Assembly (NCBI GenBank): GCA_964390595.1
Contig: CAYMIA010000005.1
Span: 3,586-67,585, forward strand
Reading direction: 5' to 3'
Source of the DNA: an uncultured Gammaproteobacteria bacterium
GTDB taxonomy: Bacteria > Patescibacteriota > Microgenomatia > Daviesbacterales > UBA10151
Length of the DNA: 64,000 bases
How positions within the stretch are numbered: the stretch's first letter is position 1; every line of letters begins with the position of its first letter. The position numbers and the translations under genes were made by a program. A model generated the notes under the pieces. The model was given only the letters and a program-made list of their open reading frames with translations, was not told the origin of the DNA and searched no databases. This document shows, in pieces, positions 58,747-64,000 of the stretch.

Positions 58747-59205
58747 ATGAGTTATGCATTGGAGCAGATACAAGCTATTTTGGAAGAACATGCCAGTGAG
58801 TTGGGTTTTGGAGAGGTGGTGCACAGGCATCCGGCTAGTTATTTAGATTTAGTTGATGTAGTGGTAGGACCAGTTGATTTAATTAGCTCTCCAGAGGAGT
58901 TGCAGCATTTTGCAGTTGGTTTATTAGGTGGACTTCCTAGATTGGTATATAAACAGGAGGCTAGACGAGAGAAGAGGATCCATCCAACTTATGGTCACAT
59001 CCTGATATTTGATCTGCCTAAATTTGGGGTTGGTGATGCGACTGTCAGCTTTTTCCCTAACGGAGAGATCGCCCAAACTGCAGCTAAAGTATTTAAGAGG
59101 CCAATGATAGAGAGGGGTTGGGAATATGATCTAACCCGCAGAGGAATATTAACTGATTTGGAGTGGCATCTGATAACTGAGGGTAAGAATCCGTTTAAGG
59201 AGTAA
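58747..59205 (+). CDS. Hypothetical protein
   Basis: TATAAT-6-ATG. Confidence 0.6.
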   Translation: MSYALEQIQAILEEHASELGFGEVVHRHPASYLDLVDVVVGPVDLISSPEELQHFAVGLLGGLPRLVYKQEARREKRIHPTYGHILIFDLPKFGVGDATVSFFPNGEIAQTAAKVFKRPMIERGWEYDLTRRGILTDLEWHLITEGKNPFKE

Positions 59206-59241
59206 CTGGTGGTTTTAGAGCAAAGATGATAATCTGAGGAT

Positions 59242-59847
59242 ATGCGGGAGCTTTTGATTGAGTTTATTGGGACTTTTTTCTTGGTTTTGATAGTTGCGCT
59301 AACTGGTAACCCACTGGCTATTGGGGCAATTTTGATTGCAATGGTTTATATGGGGGGTTATATCTCTGGAGCTCACTATAATCCAGCAGTGACTTTGGCA
59401 GTTTGGATGAATAAAGGGATAAAAACTGAGTTAGCGCTAAAGTATGTTGGGGTACAGCTTTTGGCGGGTATTTTAGCTAGCGCAGTATATTTTTTGGTAA
59501 CTAAGAGTTATTTTATTCCCTCTCCAGCTACAACAACCAGCCCTTGGGTGGCTTTGCTTTGTGAAATCCTTTTTACTTTTGTGCTGGCAACAGTGGTGCT
59601 TCATGTAGCAGCTTCTAAAGAGAGCCAGGGTCATGACTTTTATGGATTGGCGATTGGCTTAACTGTAATGGCAGGGGCTTTTGCTGTTGGAGCAATCTCT
59701 GGAGGAGCATTCAACCCAGCAGTTGGAATAGCTCCGCAGCTGTTTGACCTGGGGCATTTAGGAAGTCATATTTCCAATATTCTGCTTTACCTAATAGGTC
59801 CTTTGGGTGGAGGAGCGCTAGCGGCGTTAGTATATAAACAGAGATGA
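59242..59847 (+). CDS. Aquaporin (MIP family)
   Basis: [22 protein letters not shown]. Confidence 0.93.
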   Translation: MRELLIEFIGTFFLVLIVALTGNPLAIGAILIAMVYMGGYISGAHYNPAVTLAVWMNKGIKTELALKYVGVQLLAGILASAVYFLVTKSYFIPSPATTTSPWVALLCEILFTFVLATVVLHVAASKESQGHDFYGLAIGLTVMAGAFAVGAISGGAFNPAVGIAPQLFDLGHLGSHISNILLYLIGPLGGGALAALVYKQR

Positions 59848-60233
59848 AAAATATGTCTGATGAGGAGTGGAAGAAGAAGCTAACTTCTGAGCAATATCAT
59901 GTTTTGAGAGAGAAGGGAACAGAGATTCCTTTTACAGGTAAATATGTTAACAATCACGACAAGGGGGTCTACGAGTGTGCTGCTTGTGGTGCTCCCCTAT
60001 TTTCTTCAGATACCAAGTTTGATTCAGGGACTGGTTGGCCATCTTTTGATAATCCGATGAATACTGAGCATATAATTTTGCAAGATGATGACTCTTTAGG
60101 GATGCATCGGACTGAGGTGATCTGTAAAAACTGTGGTTCGCATTTAGGGCATGTTTTTGATGATGGTCCCAAGCAAACGACTGGCAAAAGATATTGTATC
60201 AACTCTTGTGCGCTAAATTTTAAAGGTCAGTAG
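59844..60233 (+). CDS. msrB: Peptide-methionine (R)-S-oxide reductase
   Basis: GTE.PF, GWPSF, HLGHVF.DGP, RYCINS. Confidence 0.97.
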   Translation: MKNMSDEEWKKKLTSEQYHVLREKGTEIPFTGKYVNNHDKGVYECAACGAPLFSSDTKFDSGTGWPSFDNPMNTEHIILQDDDSLGMHRTEVICKNCGSHLGHVFDDGPKQTTGKRYCINSCALNFKGQ

Positions 60234-60265
60234 TTGAGGTAGTTTTTTCTGTTATCATAGATTTA

Positions 60266-60772
60266 ATGAGAAGTTCTCAGAGAGGGTCGGTCTTTTTAGT
60301 GCTTTTGATCCTGGGGCTTTTGATAGCTGTTTTTGTCGGATTCTTAGTTTACCTTCAAAATAATTTTGAGGAAGTGAATCAGAGCTCAACAGTTTATTCA
60401 GATATCAGTACTGATGGTTGGAAAACATATCAAAACGATGAAGTTAATTTCTCTATAAAATATCCAACCAACTGGAGCTTAAAGGTTTCAAATTATAATT
60501 ACGGTTTAAAAATTGCTCATTTGGAAGGAGATTCTGGGCGAGTGGATTTAATGTGGGGGGGAAGTTTTGGGGGAGTTTGTGATAAATATGAGAAAATTAA
60601 GATCCGCGATGAGTCATTGCTATCCTGCCATTTTGTGAAAAATGGAATTGAAAGTTGGGAACAGATTAACAAAAACACTAGAAGTGGTCAATTTTCAGCC
60701 AAAGCTTACGCCAACACCTTTGCTGACCGCCAGTTAATCTTAAACATGATCGGAACTTTGAAATTCTTTTAA
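60266..60772 (+). CDS. PsbP-like surface protein with prepilin-like leader
   Basis: SQRG-SVFLVLL; WKTY...FSIKYP.NW. Confidence 0.7.
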   Translation: MRSSQRGSVFLVLLILGLLIAVFVGFLVYLQNNFEEVNQSSTVYSDISTDGWKTYQNDEVNFSIKYPTNWSLKVSNYNYGLKIAHLEGDSGRVDLMWGGSFGGVCDKYEKIKIRDESLLSCHFVKNGIESWEQINKNTRSGQFSAKAYANTFADRQLILNMIGTLKFF

Positions 60773-60795
60773 GAGAAGTTTTTAAAATAATCTAT

Positions 60796-60864
60796 TTGAC
60801 TTTTGGAATCAAACCAGATAAGATTGGTGCATCAATTCTCCCCCTGAAACGAGGGAGATTTTTT
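60796..60864 (+). promoter_or_regulatory. Promoter plus leader terminator before GreA-like gene and fusA
   Basis: TTGACT-17-TAAGAT; TCTCCC-10-GGGAGA TTTTTT. Confidence 0.55.
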
Positions 60865-60880
60865 AAAGGTAAGGAATAAA

Positions 60881-61129
60881 TTGATGACAGATAACAAACA
60901 ACTTGAAGCTAAGATCCAATTATGGAATAAAAAGCTTGAAGCATTAAAAAAAGAATATGAGAGGATCATGAAGCTTCGGGGTGAGGCAATGCTGATGGGT
61001 GATTTGCGTGAGAACGCCGCTTTCCAAATGGCTGATGAAGATGCGAGTACCTATCAAGTGCGGATTGATGAGGTTGAGGCGATTATTAAAAAGCTGGAAC
61101 TAGAAATGGGAGGGAAGGCTGGTAAGTAG
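60881..61129 (+). CDS. GreA/GreB N-terminal coiled-coil domain-only protein
   Basis: GDLRENA motif; ORF ends after the coiled coil. Confidence 0.8.
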   Translation: MMTDNKQLEAKIQLWNKKLEALKKEYERIMKLRGEAMLMGDLRENAAFQMADEDASTYQVRIDEVEAIIKKLELEMGGKAGK

Positions 61130-61141
61130 GTCGACAATATT

Positions 61142-63280
61142 ATGGCTGCAACTAAGACAAACCGGGAATTCCCGTTAGACCGGATTCGGAATATTGGCAT
61201 TATTGCCCATATTGACGCGGGTAAGACTACCACTACTGAACGGATTTTATTCTACACTGGGCGGACTTACAAAATTGGTGATATTGATGAGGGAAATACG
61301 ACAACTGACTGGATGGAGCAGGAAAAAGAGCGGGGAATTACGATCGTTTCTGCGGCGATCACGACTTTCTGGATTCCCAAAGATGGTCCTTATAAGGATC
61401 AAGAGACCAGAATTAACTTAATTGATACCCCAGGACACGTTGATTTTACAGTTGAGGTTGAAAGATCGCTACGTGTGCTTGATGGTGGAGTAATTGTGCT
61501 TGATAGTGCTTCAGGTGTGCAATCTCAAACTGAGACAGTTTGGCGTCAGGCGGATAAATACGGGGTACCTTTGGTAGCTTTTTCTAACAAAATGGATGTA
61601 GTTGGGGCAGACTTTTTAGGAACAATTCAAAGTGCCCGGGACCGATTGGGTGCTAATGCAATTGCTTATAATTTACCAATTGGTACTGAAAATGATTTTA
61701 AGGGAATTGTTGATCTACTAACTAAAAAAGCATTAGTTTGGCAGGGAGATGAGACTGGAGCAAAGTTCGTTGAAATTGAGATTCCTGCTGATATGGTGGA
61801 TTTAGTGGAAGAGCATAGAAATAAATTAATTGAAGAGATTGCGGCGACAGATGAGACTTTGCTGGAAAAATATTTGAATGGTGAGGAGATAGCAGTTAAT
61901 GATCTCAAGTTAGCCTTACGGGCAGCTGTGATCGCTAAAAAAATTGTGCCTGTTTTGGCTGGATCTTCGCTGCGGAATAAAGGTGTTCAGCCGATGTTGG
62001 ATGCGGTGATTGAATACTTGCCTTCACCACAGGATATCTCACAAATTAATGGTAAAAATCCACGGACCGAAGAAGAGGAGACCAGACAGCAAACCAAAGA
62101 GGCGCCTCTGGCAGGCTTGGCTTTTAAAATTCAGGTTGATCCACACGTTGGCCGCTTAACTTATGTCCGGGTTTATTCTGGAACTTTGAAATCTGGTTCT
62201 TATGTTTATAACTCAACTAAAGGGGTCAAGGAACGGGTGGGACGGGTGCTTTTAATGCACGCGAATGATAGAGAAGAGATTGAGGAGGCTTATGCAGGAG
62301 AGATCGTGGCTGTTGTGGGTCTTAAAGACACTATTACTGGGGATACTTTATGTGATGAGAGTGCGCCGATTGTTTTAGAGTCAATTACTTTTGCAGAACC
62401 AGTTATTTCTTTGGCGATTGAACCTAAGACTAAATCAGATCAAGAAAAGTTAGCTTTGGCTTTGCAAAGACTGTCTGAGGAAGATCCAACATTTAGAGTG
62501 AAGACTAATCATGAGACTAATCAAACGATCATCTCTGGTATGGGTGAGCTGCATTTGGAGATTATTGTGGACCGGATGAAGCGGGAGTTTAAGGTGGAGG
62601 CCAATGTGGGTCAACCACAGGTGGCTTACAGAGAGACAATTACAAAAATAGCGGTAGGTGAGGGTAAATATATTAAACAAACTGGTGGTCGGGGTAACTA
62701 TGGGCATGCTGTGGTTAGAATTGAGCCCTTGCCACGCGGACAAGGCCGCGAATATGTGTCAGAGATCGTTGGTGGAGCGATTCCTAGGGAATATATTCCA
62801 GCGATTGAAAAAGGGGTGACCGAGAGAGAGGATACAGGAATTTATGCTGGTTTTCCAGTGGTGGATATCAAAGTAGCAGTTTTTGATGGCTCTTTTCATG
62901 AGGTTGATTCAAATGAGATGGCGTTTAAAATAGCTGGATCAATGGCGCTAACTGATGCGGCAGCTAAAGCTGATCCAATTTTGCTTGAGCCAATTATGAT
63001 GGTGGAGGTCTCCACCCCAAAAGAGTTTATGGGCGATATTATTGGAGATCTATCTTCAAAAAGAGCCCAAATTTTGGGCACTGAAGAAAAGGGGAATGGA
63101 TCAATTGTCAAAGCATTGGTGCCTCTAGCTGAACTTGGTGGTTACATTACAACAATCAGGTCAATGTCCCAAGGAAGGGCCAGTGCTTACATTGAGCCAC
63201 ATGACTATCAACCAGTTCCTGCAAACATTGCTGAAAAGGTCAAAGCAGCTTCTGGGTTTACAGGAAGGATGGAAGCTTAA
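61142..63280 (+). CDS. fusA: Elongation factor G
   Basis: [29 protein letters not shown]. Confidence 0.99.
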   Translation: MAATKTNREFPLDRIRNIGIIAHIDAGKTTTTERILFYTGRTYKIGDIDEGNTTTDWMEQEKERGITIVSAAITTFWIPKDGPYKDQETRINLIDTPGHVDFTVEVERSLRVLDGGVIVLDSASGVQSQTETVWRQADKYGVPLVAFSNKMDVVGADFLGTIQSARDRLGANAIAYNLPIGTENDFKGIVDLLTKKALVWQGDETGAKFVEIEIPADMVDLVEEHRNKLIEEIAATDETLLEKYLNGEEIAVNDLKLALRAAVIAKKIVPVLAGSSLRNKGVQPMLDAVIEYLPSPQDISQINGKNPRTEEEETRQQTKEAPLAGLAFKIQVDPHVGRLTYVRVYSGTLKSGSYVYNSTKGVKERVGRVLLMHANDREEIEEAYAGEIVAVVGLKDTITGDTLCDESAPIVLESITFAEPVISLAIEPKTKSDQEKLALALQRLSEEDPTFRVKTNHETNQTIISGMGELHLEIIVDRMKREFKVEANVGQPQVAYRETITKIAVGEGKYIKQTGGRGNYGHAVVRIEPLPRGQGREYVSEIVGGAIPREYIPAIEKGVTEREDTGIYAGFPVVDIKVAVFDGSFHEVDSNEMAFKIAGSMALTDAAAKADPILLEPIMMVEVSTPKEFMGDIIGDLSSKRAQILGTEEKGNGSIVKALVPLAELGGYITTIRSMSQGRASAYIEPHDYQPVPANIAEKVKAASGFTGRMEA

Positions 63281-63306
63281 AAGCTGGTGTGATACACTGA
63301 ATTTAA

Positions 63307-63642
63307 GTGAAGTTTTTAAGAATTATATTAATTCTCTTTTCTACAATTGGAATTTCTCATTTTGCAGAATTAGTTATTTCTCAGCTATCTTTTCTGTTAA
63401 TAGGTCGAGGAGTTGCGACTTGTGCTGGTATAGATATAATTTTTTGCGGAGGAAGCCAAACATTTAATAGACGAGCTTTCTCAATTGTCTTATATTTAAT
63501 ACTTGTCCCAATATATTATTTTGCATTCAGCAAATTTTTAATTCATCATAAAATACTTCTTATTTGTGTTTCTGTAGTTGCAATCCTTTTGGCATTTTTG
63601 GGGATTTTTGTGTGGCTAATTGGCGATACTTTTATCGGTTAA
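63307..63642 (+). CDS. Hypothetical membrane protein
   Basis: Three to four TMs; AT-rich. Confidence 0.6.
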   Translation: MKFLRIILILFSTIGISHFAELVISQLSFLLIGRGVATCAGIDIIFCGGSQTFNRRAFSIVLYLILVPIYYFAFSKFLIHHKILLICVSVVAILLAFLGIFVWLIGDTFIG

Positions 63643-63692
63643 TTTTATCCAGCGCTTTACAAGATATGTATTTGTCTGAAGGTTGTTTTTTT

Positions 63693-63754
63693 GTGCGTGA
63701 TTGAGCTCTTCGAGTCCGAGTGACCTCAGAGTCGAGGACTTGCAAGGTCTCACC
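63693..63754. repeat. 62-bp element, copy 2
   Basis: Identical to 53651-53712, same orientation. Confidence 0.92.
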
Positions 63755-63802
63755 TGTTTGAAGCTAGATTTGACTTGTCAATGAGTTCAATTGATTGGTG
63801 GT

Positions 63803-64000
63803 TTACTTTTGAGGAGTTTCTAACGCTTCGATTAGGGTTATTAGATGACTGGTTTCTCTGGTTGCGACTTTGGAAGTGGCTTGACGGTTATGGACTAAAC
63901 CTGAGCCAGGAATAATAGATCTTCTAATAGACTCTGCTAGGGAGGCAAATTCCCTGGCAACAGCTAGAAAGCGATCTGCAAAATCTTGATCTGAAAGCGA
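63803..64000 (-). CDS. 3' end of a hypothetical protein (runs off window)
   Basis: Open frame SLSDQDFADRF...ALETPQK* from base 64000. Confidence 0.45.
   Translation of the reverse strand, partial: SLSDQDFADRFLAVAREFASLAESIRRSIIPGSGLVHNRQATSKVATRETSHLITLIEALETPQK

Noticed and set aside
53651-63754. 62-bp repeat as CRISPR repeat or DGR template/variable pair
   Set aside because: Only two copies 10 kb apart, no spacers, no adenine-specific mismatches and no cas or reverse transcriptase gene
1-64000. tRNA/rRNA genes and TGA recoding (code 25)
   Set aside because: No cloverleaf or rRNA-like tract found by eye; TGA ends genes at ATGA/GTGA overlaps and core genes have no in-frame TGA

Overview
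This is a 64-kb chromosomal segment from a small-genome bacterium using genetic code 11. Gene content points to Patescibacteria/CPR, Microgenomates-like (inference): a PEGA+SH3 protein, a CPR-type GT2, a sortase, an actin-like/baseplate-J fusion, PsbP-like prepilin-signal proteins and many orphans. It carries cell-envelope genes (UbiA, GT4, GT2, FemAB, LCP, MltG, G5/3D), DNA repair genes (tatD, split sbcC/sbcD, pcrA, topoisomerase IB, ATL, holA, ruvX, a solo Cas4/AddB-like nuclease), metG, tpiA, tgt and rpoB-rpoC-rpsL-rpsG. fusA is displaced about 7.5 kb downstream of rpsG. I saw no rRNA, tRNA, CRISPR array, transposase or integrase. The strongest unexplained signal is several families of short repeated or palindromic elements found both between genes and in frame inside housekeeping ORFs. 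(1) A ~92-bp nested-hairpin element with compensatory base changes occurs once inside pcrA and once between ruvX and mltG. (2) An exact 62-bp repeat follows rpsG and recurs ~410 bp past fusA; related motifs sit in frame in an Hsp70 gene. (3) A palindrome lies inside tgt. (4) 4x7-bp and 4x9-bp arrays occur in sbcC, mltG, sbcD and in intergenic gaps. Also notable are pervasive leaderless-type promoters, leader terminators before hsp70, rpoB and an N-terminal-only GreA, and a Pro-to-Val change in the streptomycin loop of S12. All family assignments come from motif reading, not database searches.
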